The translations under genes were made by a program, and so were the position numbers. The notes under the pieces are model-generated. The model was not told the DNA's origin and made no database searches. It was given only the letters and a program-made list of their open reading frames with translations. Below are positions 13,621 through 25,639 of a DNA stretch of 64,000 nt, in pieces; position 1 is the stretch's first letter; the number at the start of each line of letters is the position of its first letter. Location: NCBI GenBank assembly GCA_964016885.1, contig OZ024753.1, forward strand, positions 24,180,001 to 24,244,000. The letters run 5' to 3'. This stretch comes from Eledone cirrhosa (Eukaryota).

Positions 13621-14645
13621 TTTAGTTTTTAACACCTATTAATTCTTTTTAATTTTTATTTCAATACTCAACATTTAATAAGATGAATTTTAATAATACA
13701 TCGAAACCAGTAATACTTTAAATACTTTATATAAATTATAAAATTTTTTTTTTTAAATTGTCCCTCTCATTTTTTCAATAATGTCATCTTTTCAATAATG
13801 TCACTTTGAAGAATCAAAGAAAGGATAAAAAAAGAAAAAGAAAAACAGACCCTTAAATATTTTATCCGTGCTATTTCTAACTTCACCTTTTCTCTATATC
13901 CACTGTTCTGTATAGAACCTTACTCCCCTTTTCTAATATATAGAACGCAACACAGAACTCACTCGTTACACTAAAGATAGTTATCAATTTTTCACGACGA
14001 ACCTCCTGTTTTATGATTTATCTGTCTCTCTCTCCCTCACTCCCACACTCTCTCTCTTTCTCTTTCACTCTATCTATCTATCTATCCATCTTTCTATCTC
14101 TCGTTATTTATTTATTTCATCCCCCCCCCCACGTTCTTTCTTTTCCCTCTCCTTTCCCACTTTGTTTCTCTGTTTTCTTTCTTTGACTCGTTCTTAATAA
14201 TCCTCTCACATTATCTTTCCACCTTATACCATTCTTGCAAATCCTAAATAACTAGTTTCGTCTAAACACACCCACTCTATCGTCCAAATCCAAGAGTCTC
14301 TTTCTTTCCCCCTCCACTCTTTATCCCGTCTTATTCCAATCGTAAGATGTTTTTTTGTTCGTATATTCACTCTTAATGTCGTTGTTATCTGGACGGCTTT
14401 GTCGGTTATAAAACCTCCATGAGCGGATGTTCTATACGTATTTCCTCTACGTACGTTTTGTAGTAATGCTAACCTTTATGTATTTTACTCAGAGCTTCTA
14501 TATTGACATCTATAAACACACTGGATATACAGTACTGGTTCACGTCTAGGGGCTGCTGCCGAAGGGGTATCGGTGCTTTTTGTCGGTTTATTGTCTTCCG
14601 TGTTGTGCTTTCCATTTCCTTATATATATGTGTGTGTGTGTGTGT

Positions 14646-15225
<580 letters not shown>

Positions 15226-15231
15226 GAATGG

Positions 15232-15620
15232 TGGTTTATGATTTAGGCACAAGACCAACAACTTGGGAGGACGGAAAAGTCGATTAAATCGACCCCAGTG
15301 CATTACTGGTACTTTATTTATCGACCTCAATAAGGATGAAAAGCAAAGTTAACCTTGGTGGGATTTGAACTCAACATGTGAAGGGAAGTAACTATATACC
15401 ACAAAGCATGTTGTCCGATGCTCAACCGATTCCACCACCCTTTAAATATTGGTTTCTGATTTAGGCCAACAAATTTTAGTCGGGGGCGAGTCGATTAAAT
15501 CGACCCCAGTGCATTACTGGTACTTTATTTTATCAACCCCGTAAGGATGAGAGGCAAAGCTAACCTCGGTGGGATATAAATTCAAAACGTGAAGGGACGT
15601 AACTATGTGCCGCCAGAAAT
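15232..15620 (-). mobile_element. Two tandem tRNA-derived SINE copies (Meta-domain-like)
   Basis: gtcgattaaatcgaccccagtgcattactggtactttatt..tcgacc..aaggatgaaa.gcaaag..aacct..gtggga occurs twice. Confidence 0.8.
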
Positions 15621-15701
15621 AATAACCAACAGGTCCTATGGAAAACTCCGCATTTTAGAAGCGTTTTAGAAACATTATCATTAACATTAGCCTGAATACA
15701 C

Positions 15702-15880
15702 GTGGCCACGTGGTTATGGCGTCGGGCTTACGATCAGAAAGCCGTGGGTTCAATACACAACTTAAGTGGTATTTTGTGTTCTTGAGTGAGGCATTTCATT
15801 TCAAGTAGTGAACAGGTTAAAGTCAGTTTTCCACTTATTTTGGTGACCACAAAATGATAAAAGGCAAAGTTGTCCTTGGC
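15702..15880 (+). mobile_element. tRNA-headed SINE, degenerate (CORE-like body)
   Basis: gtggccacgtggtta...gggttcaatac head followed by tgtgttcttgagtgaggcatttca. Confidence 0.55.
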
Positions 15881-16344
15881 GTGATTTAAACCATTTAGTC
15901 AAAAGCTCTATATCCGTAATTTTATCTGGCTCTACTCGGCTACCACTTGAAGACAAATAATGAAGTGGTATATAGTAGAAATGTACAGAACGCAACCATT
16001 AAAAAATATGAATGGCAAAAAACAATATAGCCTTAGAATTTACAGACTGTGAATTACGTGAATTACGGTGACACGTGTCTGAGGAATACCCAGTCACTTA
16101 CACGGGAAATTCTGGTTGTTTCATTTTCAGAGAAAACACATAGGTCTGCTAAGTCCATTTCAAAAACGTAGCATAACATTTTCAAAATGAGGCAGTTTGT
16201 GTTAAAAAGTAACAAAAATTGAAAATACATTTTACCAGTCAACAAGGAATACGGGAGAATATAATGATACAATGGTGTGGGAGAAACAACATGGCAAAGA
16301 TGAAGCAGTACCGGACTAAAGGTTTTTTGTTTCGTTATCCTATT

Positions 16345-16530
16345 CGAGGGTCCGCTGAAAAGTTCATCGGCTGACTATGAAGATTCTAGAGCTGTGAAAT
16401 CTTGCATGCATTTCAACTCTTATTCATAACTGCACAGTTTCTTTCTAGGGACTATGTTGAAAAATAAACCTCATGTAGTCATTCCATGAGAGTATCTTGA
16501 TCAGCCTATAAACTATTCAGCCGACCCCCG
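16345..16530. mobile_element. Mariner-like MITE
   Basis: TIRs cgagggtccgctgaaaagttcatcggctga / tcagcctataaactattcagccgacccccg. Confidence 0.7.
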
Positions 16531-16607
16531 TGTACACACACACACACAGTGAAACTAATAAGACTTGTTGTACCTCTGTTTTGTCATTTCCTACAACTAT
16601 TTATGTG

Positions 16608-16684
<77 letters not shown>

Positions 16685-16709
16685 ACACACACACACATAT
16701 ATATATATA

Positions 16710-16993
16710 CGGGGGTCGGCTCGTATTTTGATTTTAAATCCCACGGTGGTCTAATGTCAAACATACAACGAATATCAGTAGATAGCAGTAATATACTTGT
16801 GTCGATTCAATAAACAATATCCTCTGACCAAGATACTGTCATGGAATGACTAAATGAGGTTTATTTTTCGACATAGTGCCTGGAAACATACAGTAGTCAT
16901 TAATAAGAAAAGTTGAAAATAAACCGTGCAAAATTTCACAGCTCTAGCATCACTTCTTCATAGTCAGCCTATGAACATTTCAGCCAACCCCCG
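16710..16993. mobile_element. Mariner-like MITE (same family, opposite orientation)
   Basis: TA-cgggggtcggct ... cagccaacccccg-TA. Internal sequence is the reverse complement of the 16345 copy. Confidence 0.7.
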
Positions 16994-17182
16994 TACACGC
17001 ATTCAACTCTGGTAAAACCAAACATGGTCAGGTTTCAGCATTTGTTCATGGATGCAGGTTATCGTAAAGCGCGTAATCTGGTGGTCAAATATGTTGGGTT
17101 TATATACGGAATTATAGACGGAGAGAAATACTATGTTACATTAAGACCCATTCAGTCGATATCTGCATAGAACAGCCTATCA

Positions 17183-17425
17183 TAGGATAATGATGATGGA
17201 GGTGATGTCATTGGTAGTGGTGGTAGTGGAGAGGATGGCGGCGGTGGTGTTGGCGTTGGTGGTAAGAATGATGATGCTGGTGGTGATCAGGATAATGATG
17301 ATGATGACAATGAAGATGATGACAATGAAGATTATGGTGGTGGTTGTGGTGAAGATAATGATGATGGTGGTGGTGAGGAGCATGAGGGTGATGGTGATGA
17401 CAATGATGATGACGATGACGATGCA
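17183..17425. repeat. (ATG)n/(GTG)n degenerate trinucleotide repeat
   Basis: Direct reading. Confidence 0.9.
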
Positions 17426-17659
17426 GTATTTTATGAGATGAATTGATTTTTAGAGTTGTCGATTTGAATTTACTGAAATCTCGGTCGTACCAACAATATC
17501 AATTGTTCTGCAATGACTTTGTAGGTGGGGGTGCGCTGGGGTGGGGGAGGGGTGTTGGGGTTGAGTGTGTCGGGGCGGGGTGCTGGGGTGGGATGTGCTG
17601 GTTGGGGGTACCGGGGTGGGGTGTACCCTGTGTGTACCCTCTGTATTTCATTCCAAATA

Positions 17660-17850
17660 ATGGTTTCTCATTTAGGCACAAGGCCAACAATTTTGGGGAA
17701 GGGAAAAGTCGATTACATCGGCCCAGTGTATCACTGGTACTTTATCTTATCGACCCAGTAAGGATAAAAGGTAAAGCTAACCACGGTGGGATTTGAACTC
17801 AGGACGTTAGAATGTAACTAAATACCATAAATCAATTCGGCCACCACTCT
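17660..17850 (-). mobile_element. tRNA-derived SINE (Meta-domain-like)
   Basis: tttaggcacaaggcc...gtcgattacatcg...ctggtacttta..atcgacc...ggatttgaactc. Confidence 0.8.
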
Positions 17851-18125
17851 GGCGTGTATATATATATATATATACCCCTCCCCCCAACACTGGAACGGGA
17901 GCTCTGCAATAGAACGAAGAAAATTAATATATCTCAACTGATTCGCCAGATACATTACGTTATGTTTAAAGATAAGTTTACCTTGTCAGCTGTATGTGCA
18001 TTCACGTATGAGCCTAACATGCAAAAGGAATCCACTGATATGGACTTGTTATTTTAAATTTCCTCTATCGAGATCTATCGAGATCTATTTCCAATGATAT
18101 ACTAATACTTGATAGATAGATAGAT

Positions 18126-20153
18126 ATGTTCCTTTATTAGCCACAGGGGCACAAAGGGGGAAGTTTACATACAATAAAAACGTGTAAAATATTATTACAA
18201 ATGCAATTTAAAAATTAGTCGATTTTCCCCAATAGGAGGAGACAGTTCATATGGGTAACACATACCCCCGAAAAAATGTGCAACCCTCATCTCCAGGAGT
18301 ACGAAGAGTTTGTACTCCTTTCCTCTCCTCCTTTTCCTGAACCTACATGCTGATATAGAGAGAAGGCCCATTCACTCGGGCCATTCTCGCCACTTTCACC
18401 CACCTTTCATAAAACTTGCTGGGGTACAGCTTCTCTCTCTCCATCCTGATTATTCTTCCAAAGTGGTATTTGAAAAAGAATCAGTTGTTGGCCGGAGAGA
18501 AAGGTGTCTGACCTCAGCCCTTTCAACCTTGTCCACCATAGCTATCACACAAAGGAAAACCGCCTCTCCTTCGTTTTTGAAGGAGGGTGGCGGTTTGATC
18601 ATGACAATGAACTCGGTGGTCGACCGGATTGGTCCCACCCGCGACAATAGTCGTTCTACATAGCCCCACGTCGGTGACTCCCGGGCAGTGTATGAATGCG
18701 TGCGCGATGGTTTCTTCGTCTCGCACGCACCACGGACACATCTTTTTTGCAGGGTCCCTGCCCGGGCGCCCATGTCTGTAGAGCTTGTCAGGAACTGGTA
18801 GCACTGCCAGGCCAGGGACTTTTGGAAGTTGTCCATCGGTCCCGGGTGGAAGGTCCTACCGAACAGACTGGCCAGTTCATCTTCCTCTACGCCTAGAGTT
18901 TCACCGAGCGCGTCGTCGCACTTGCTGCGGATCAACCCTCTATAGAATGACGACGTGGAGTCTCAACTGATCGCCGGGTCCGCCGGCCAGAGGGCTGTGA
19001 GCGTGTGAGCACATTCGATGTGCCAGTCGCCCATTTTCCTCGGTCTTTGCTTGACCCAGGACTGCAGCTCGGTCAGCGAGACGAGTCGTGGGAAGGCTCG
19101 CCTCACGAACGGGGCCCACACCCGTTGTCCGGTGAGGAATGCGTACAGATGCCGCAGCCTGAGTGCGTGTTTGCGCATCGTCAGCCAAGTCATCCCCAGC
19201 CCTCCGTTGGAAGGGTGTTGGCAGCAGATGGATCTTCTCACCAAAGGAGCCCGCCTCTTCCAAAGGAATTGGAAAAGCGTGCGCTCCATTTTGGTGAGCG
19301 TTTTGGCTGGACAAGGCTCGACGGTCAAGCGGTAGTAGATGGCGGACGCTATAAAAGTGTTCGCCACCTCCGCTCGACCTTTCAAGGATAGTTTGCACTC
19401 GGCCCACTTCTGGGTGAGTGCAAACACCTTGGCCGTCACCTTGTTCCAGTTCTTCTCCACCTAGAGGTCCGGACCCAACCAGACCCCGAGCAGCTTTACC
19501 GGTTCTTTCGTCCAGCGTCCGACGACGCCATCGGAAGGCATCGGTTTGCCTCTCCACGATCCGAGTTGCAAACCGATGGACTTGTCCCGGTTCACCTTCG
19601 CCCCTGTGAAACTTTCGTATTCCTTCAGTAAGGTGCCGACTTTTTCGATTTGCGAGGCGCTCGACACCATTAATGTCACGTCGTCGGCGTAGGCCGACGC
19701 CGCTTTCCGCAGTCCCGGTTCCAGAGGGATGCCCTGCAACAGCTCCAACTTCCGCAGTAGTGGCTCGAGAGTCAGTACGTACAGAAGGGAGGAGAGAGGG
19801 CATCCCTGTCGAATGGAGCGTGTGATATGAAACGGCTCCGAGAGGTAGCCGTTCACCTTGACCCTTGAGCAGATGTTGCTGTTGTGCATTGCAGCAATCC
19901 AGCCCCTGAACACGGGTCCGAAGCCTGCCGCCTCGAGCACCGCATCCAGGTAACGATGGTCAACCCTATCGAAAGCCTTAGACTGATCCAAGTTGATGAG
20001 GGCCCCACCGAAGCCGGGTTTACACCCTACGCTCTCTATGATGTATCGCATGAGGTGGTGGTTGTCGTGTATGGACCTGGTCGGGATTGCGCATGTCTGC
20101 GCTTCTCCCCCCAGGTTCTCGACGACAAGCGCCAGCCTCTTTGCCAACACCTT
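18126..20153 (-). mobile_element. Tx1/L1-clade LINE copy A, 5'-truncated (RT + C-terminal zinc finger)
   Basis: NLDQSKAFDRVDH, RQGCPLS, AYADD, KLLGVW, GGLGM, CPWC...ETIAHAFIHC. In-frame stop at 19461. AATAAA precedes (ATCT)n on the minus strand. Confidence 0.92.
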
Positions 20154-20184
<31 letters not shown>

Positions 20185-20637
20185 TTCTTTATTAGCCACA
20201 AGGGCGCACAAGAAAAGGGGACAATACAAAGTCATGCCGGGGATTTTACATACAGTCGTGTAAAAAATATAAAAACAAACAATTACAACAATCGAAATCC
20301 CCAATAGGGGGAGGCGCCACAAATGGGTTGTTTAATACCCCGTCTATAGAACAACCCTCAACTCCAGGAGCGTGTTGTGCAAGTGGTCCTTTCTTCCTTT
20401 TGCTCTCTTCCTCAACCTACAGGCTTATAAACAGAGAAGGCCCAATCACTCGGGCCATTTTCGCTTCATTCACCCACCTTTCAGTAAATTTACTGGGGTG
20501 CAGTGCCTCTCTCTCCACCCTGATTCTCCTTCTATAGTGATACTTAAAGAAAGGAATCAATTGTTGTCCGGAGAGAAAGGCATCTGTCCTCAGTCCTCTC
20601 AAACTCGTCCACCATATAACTTCTTTCACCATAGCAC
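20185..20637 (-). mobile_element. Tx1/L1-clade LINE copy B, 3'-terminal fragment
   Basis: AMVKEVIWWTSLRGLRTD...RRIRVEREAL is homologous to the C-termini of copies A and C. Distinct 3'UTR. Confidence 0.85.
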
Positions 20638-20654
20638 AGATAGACAGATAGATA

Positions 20655-23600
20655 ACTTTCTTTATATTTGCCACCAGGGCATCAAGAGTGGGACAAGTAC
20701 AATGGGGGGGAGTTTACATAGCAAGGCGTCCTCAATATGGAGGAGGCAATAACAAAGTATAAAAATAAAATACAATATAACAAAATAAATTTTATAACAA
20801 AATCCTCCATACGGAGGAGGCGCCTTGGCGGGTCGCACCCACCCACGAAAAAAAGTGTGCAACCCTTCTCCTCAGGGGCACAGAGAGGGGGTGCTCCCTT
20901 GATCTTTCCTCTTCCTCACCTATAGTCTGATGTAGAGTGAAAGCCCATTCACACGGGCCATTCTCGCCACTTTCACCCATCTTTCATAAAAACGGCTGGG
21001 GTGCAGCACCTCTCTCTCCATCCTGATCCTTCTTCCGAAATGATATCGGAAGAAACGGACCAGTTGTTGGCCAAAGAGAAAGGTGTCTGACCTCAGTCCT
21101 TTCAGACGCGTACACCATACAACCTCTTTCGCCATGGCTATTACGCACAGAAACACCGCCTCTCCTTCGTTTTTGAAGAGGGGGGCGGCTTGATCGTTAA
21201 AATAGACTCGGTTGTCAACCGGATCGGTCCCACCCTTGACAGCAGTTGTTCGACATAGCCCCACAGATCGGTAATGCCCGAGCAGTGTACCAATGCGTGT
21301 GCAACGGTTTCCTCGTCGCACACGCATCTGGGACAGATCTTTTTCGAGGGGTCCCTACGCGGGCGCCCGTGTCTGTAGAGCCTTTCTCGAACGGGCAGAG
21401 CCCTTCGGTAGCACTGCCAGGCCAGGGACCTCTGGAAGTTATCCATGGGTCCCGATCTGAATGTCCTACCGAACAGGTTGGCCAGTTCGTCTTCCTCCAT
21501 GCCTAGGGCTTCTCCGAGGGCGTCGTCGCACCTGCTAACCACCAGCCCTCTATAGAATGACGAGGTGAATTCTCCACTGACAGCCGGGTCCGCCTGCCAA
21601 AGAGCCGTTAGCGCCTGGCACACCGAGTGTGCCCAGGCGCCCAGTTTTCTCGGTCTTTGCTTGACTCAGGATTGCAGCTCGGTAAGTGAGACGAGTCTGG
21701 GAAAGGCTCGCCTCACAAACGGGGCCCACACCGGTTGACCGGTGAGGAGTACATGGAGGTGCCGTAGCCTTAATGCGTGTTTACGTATCATTAGTTTAGG
21801 CATCCCCAGCCCTCCTTTCGAAGGGTGTTGACAGCAGATGGATCTCCTCACCATAGGAGCCCGTTTCTTCCAAAGGAATTGGAAGAGTGCGCGCTCCATT
21901 TTGGCGAGCGTTTCCGTTGGGCAGGGCACAACGGTCAGGCGGTAATAGATGACGGACGCTATATAAGTGTTCGCCACCTCAGCCCGACCTTTCAGGGACA
22001 GTTTGCACTCGGCCCACTTCTGGGTTAGTGCAAACACCCTGTTCGTTACCTCACCCCAGTTCTTCTCCACCTGGAGGTCTGGTCCGAACCAGACCCCAAG
22101 CAACTTCACCGGACCCTCTGTCCAGCGCCCGACGACGCCATCGGAGGGCATCGATCTGCCCCTCCACGTGCCGAGTTGCAGACCGATCGACTTGTCCCGG
22201 TTCAGCTTAGCCTCTGTAAACCTTTCGTACTCCTCCAGTAAGGTGCCGATCTCCCCGATTTCCGAGGCCGTCGACACCATTACTGTTACGTCGTCGGCGT
22301 AGGCCGACACTGCTTTCCGCAATCCATGTTCCAACGGGATGCCCTGCAACAACTCCCACTTCCGCAGCAGTGGCTCTAGAGTCATTACATACAGAAGGGA
22401 GGAGAGAGGGCACCCTTGTCGGATGGACTGCGCGATTTCGAACGGCTCCAAGAGGTAGCTGTTCACCTTGACCCTAGAGCAGATGCGGCTGCTGTGCATG
22501 GCATTGACCCAGCCCCTGAAAACGGGTCCGAAGCCTGCCGCCGCTAGCACCGCATCCGGGTAACCATGGTCGACCCTATCGAACGCCTTAGATTGATCCA
22601 AGTTGATCAGGGCCCAACCAAAACCGGGTTCGTTCCCAACCCTCTCTATGATGTATCGCATGAGGTGGAGGTTGTCGTGGATGGACCTGGACGGGATAGC
22701 ACATGTCTGCGCATCTCCCACCAGGTTGCCCACGACAAGCGCCAACCTCTTTGCTAGCACCTTGGCCAAAATCTGTAACTCTGTATTTAGCAGAGTTATG
22801 GGCCTGAAATTATTTATATCGTCTCCCTTGTTCTCGTCCTTCCTCACTAGCGTGACTACGCCCTTGGTCACAGCACAGGGAATTCTCCCGTTCTGTTGCC
22901 AGTTGCAGTAGACCGCCTCGAGGAGATCGGGGAACAAGTCCGGCATAGCTAGATACAGTTCGTATGGAAGGCCGGAGATTTGCGTTTGCCGCATTGGCTT
23001 AGTACGTCCTCTATCTCAGCGGCTGAAATCGGCTCCTCGCAGGACTTCGCCTCCCTGTCCGAGATACGCGGCAGGCCGTCGAGGTATGGACCAAAGTCCA
23101 CATCCTCAACTGGCTCCCCGCCCCTTCCGAACAATCCGGCAAAGTGCTTTTGAAAAGCCTCGCACATTTGCTTAGGTTCAAGGATCACCCGTCCATCCTG
23201 GTCTCGCAAAGACCGGATAGTGGATCTGCTCCCTCTTTTGGCTTCTGTCACGCGGGCCCAGCTAACAGCTTTGGTCCCCTCGTTTCCCAGAGCACGTATT
23301 TTGCTTCGGACGATGCAGCCTTCGTGTTTCGCGTCGAAGAACTGGCCCAGGGCCCTTCTCGACGCTAGCACTCTGGCCACGTCGCCGCTTCTAATTGCCT
23401 CTTCTACACTATCTACCAGCTCCCTTTCCTTCCTATTTCTATTTGTTGCTAACTCCTTACTAAATTCTATAGAGACTACTCTAATCTCTCTTTTGAGAGA
23501 TCCCCACCACCTGCTGTTGACGATGGCGCCCGTCAACCGCTCCTTAACTAAAGTGCTAATCCGGTTCCTGTAAGCCTTACTTGCCGGTAAGGACAAGTTG

Positions 23601-23842
23601 AGCTTCCAGTAACCGGGTCCCTGTCTATGCGTTCTGTCAAGGTTGACCATGCAGCTCACTAACTTGTGGTCTGAATAGCCAACCATGCTCATTTTTGGAC
23701 AACTTAAAAAGTCCTTATCCTTATTTCTAACTAAGAACCTATCTAGGTACGACCTAGATGATCCGCTGATATTTGCCCAAGTCCAGGTTGGCGCAGTCGG
23801 AAAATCTAGTCGATATCTATCGGCCAGATCAAATCGACCGAT
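20655..23842 (-). mobile_element. Tx1/L1-clade LINE copy C, 5'-truncated (APE C-terminal half + RT + zinc finger)
   Basis: TWTW..SRSYLDRFL..SDH..GPGYWKLN, FRPITLLN, DQSKAFD, AYADD, CPRC..ETVAHALVHC. Frameshifts and a stop at 21666. Confidence 0.93.
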
Positions 23843-24479
23843 TAGATAGATAGATAGATAGATAGATAGATTAAAAATAAAACTGAAATTGCTGTTACTA
23901 TTTAACCGTCGCAATTAACACACACACATACACACACATGGGGGGGGGGGTTATGTATGTGTACTTCTATTACACATACACACCATTATATTAACATACA
24001 CATACTTTTGCTCATAGCTTCGTACTTAACATGCACACACACACATTTTTTCTTAGCTTCGTACGGACGTATAATAACACACACACAAAGACACACACAT
24101 GCATTCGCACGTGCACAAGTATAGCTACTTATGAAAAACGGTTCTTTTTCCATTTCAGGTAGACGTGTTCCATCATCCACTTTTCTAAAAAAATAAATCA
24201 TACTCAAAACGCCAGCACCAACAGTTTCCAAGAGTTGTCAACATGAATGGACTTGTTATTTTTATCTAAAGAAATTTTTTCCAATTCCAACCGACCTGTC
24301 CCTTCAATCTATCTTATTTCTCATTCTTTCTTCTGATGATGGACTAGCGTCCAAAACTTTAAGGCCTTCTTCCTGCTATATCAAGCGTTAACCTAATATA
24401 TTCCTTCCATATACTGTACCAATTGAGTTGTTATTTCTGTTTACCTTTTACATACATATATATACATACACACACACAT

Positions 24480-25075
24480 ACATGGTGGCTGCCAACTCGT
24501 TTTCGAGTACGGCCACTACTTTATATCCATGTAGGAGAACCCCTACCGATGCGCTGAACAAGTGTGACTTTTTAGTCCAGCCAGCGACTTGAAAACTCTG
24601 GTTCAAACACTACACTTGTGACAATTATTGACACAGTGCTGGGCCCATGGTACCATGTGACGACAAGTGCAGAGAGATCTCCAGATACAAAGCAATGCCT
24701 GTGCTGTGAAGCTTTTATAGTGATCAAAGGCACTGCACAAAGCCAGTCCCACTCTCTTAACCAAGATGATATTTACCAAAAAGAAGAACAAGTCAACATC
24801 ATTGGATACCATCAGAGTTGCAGGTGTTATATCAGAGTTTTCCTTCTCCTAGAATTCTGCCTTGACAAAGGCTAAGGGGTCATCTCTCCCGGTGATTTTG
24901 GATGGCCATTGACTCTTAAGAGCTCCTTTGCCCTTTGACAGGTTTTGTTTTTAGTCCTGCAGGGTGTCCAAAGTCACCCTCCTCACAAAGAAACCTTGGT
25001 GGGGTTGCCAGTTTAGTCGCCATGAGACAGGTTGTACTGGGATACATGTTAACAGTAGCACCAACTGGTGGCCTG
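24480..25075 (-). mobile_element. Degraded LINE 5' fragment, probably RTE-type APE N-terminus
   Basis: Frameshifted FFFGKY..G*ESGTGFV resembles the APE motif YTFFWSG...REHGVGF. Confidence 0.35.
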
Positions 25076-25155
25076 ACATACATACATACATACATACATA
25101 CATACATACATACATACATACATACATACATACATACATACATACATACATACAT

Positions 25156-25248
25156 ACAGTAAAAGCCCCAATAAAATGCAGGCATAATAGACCAGATATT
25201 ATGATATGGGACAGGAAGAAGAAAGCATGCACAGTGGTGGAAATTAGC
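25156..25248 (+). mobile_element. Fragment of an RLE-type LINE (R4/Dong-like endonuclease motif)
   Basis: TVKAPIKCRHNRPDIMIWDRKKKACTVVEIS matches the RPD-x-E restriction-like endonuclease signature. Confidence 0.6.
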
Positions 25249-25429
25249 TATATATACATACTATATATATACATACACGCACCCTATATATATATATACA
25301 TACACACACACCGCGTCATAATGACGTAATGCAGACAGCCAGGCATACAGACAGATATTATAAGGGCGCAACGTAATATCTATGTATCTATCTAAAAAGA
25401 GAAAGACTAAGAGAGAGTGAAAGAGATCG

Positions 25430-25603
25430 CTAAATCGCACAATGCGGTCCCTTGGGCATTGAAAATTTGATTTTTTTTTACCTCAGAACACTCAATAGGA
25501 CCATAAGTATTACATGTGTAAAGTTTGAAAACAATCGGTTGGGTGGTTCTCGAGTTTTAGTGATTGAACAGACAGACAGATAAACAGACATTCTCTGTTT
25601 TAG

Positions 25604-25607
<4 letters not shown>
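25430..25607. mobile_element. Helitron/HINE-like non-autonomous repeat end
   Basis: aaagtttgaaaacaatcgg...ggttctcgagtttt...acagacagacaga...ttttagtaatatata, an arrangement typical of such repeats. Confidence 0.45.

Positions 25608-25639
<32 letters not shown>

Noticed and set aside
17523-17622. G-quadruplex-like G-run cluster
   Set aside because: Low-complexity GGGGT/GGGGC tract next to a SINE tail, with no evidence of function.
24145-24200. Acceptor-like ttccatttcag followed by a short frame ending RRVPSSTFLKK*
   Set aside because: Too short and no linked upstream exon. Similar AG contexts at ~2885 and ~16238 are equally unsupported.
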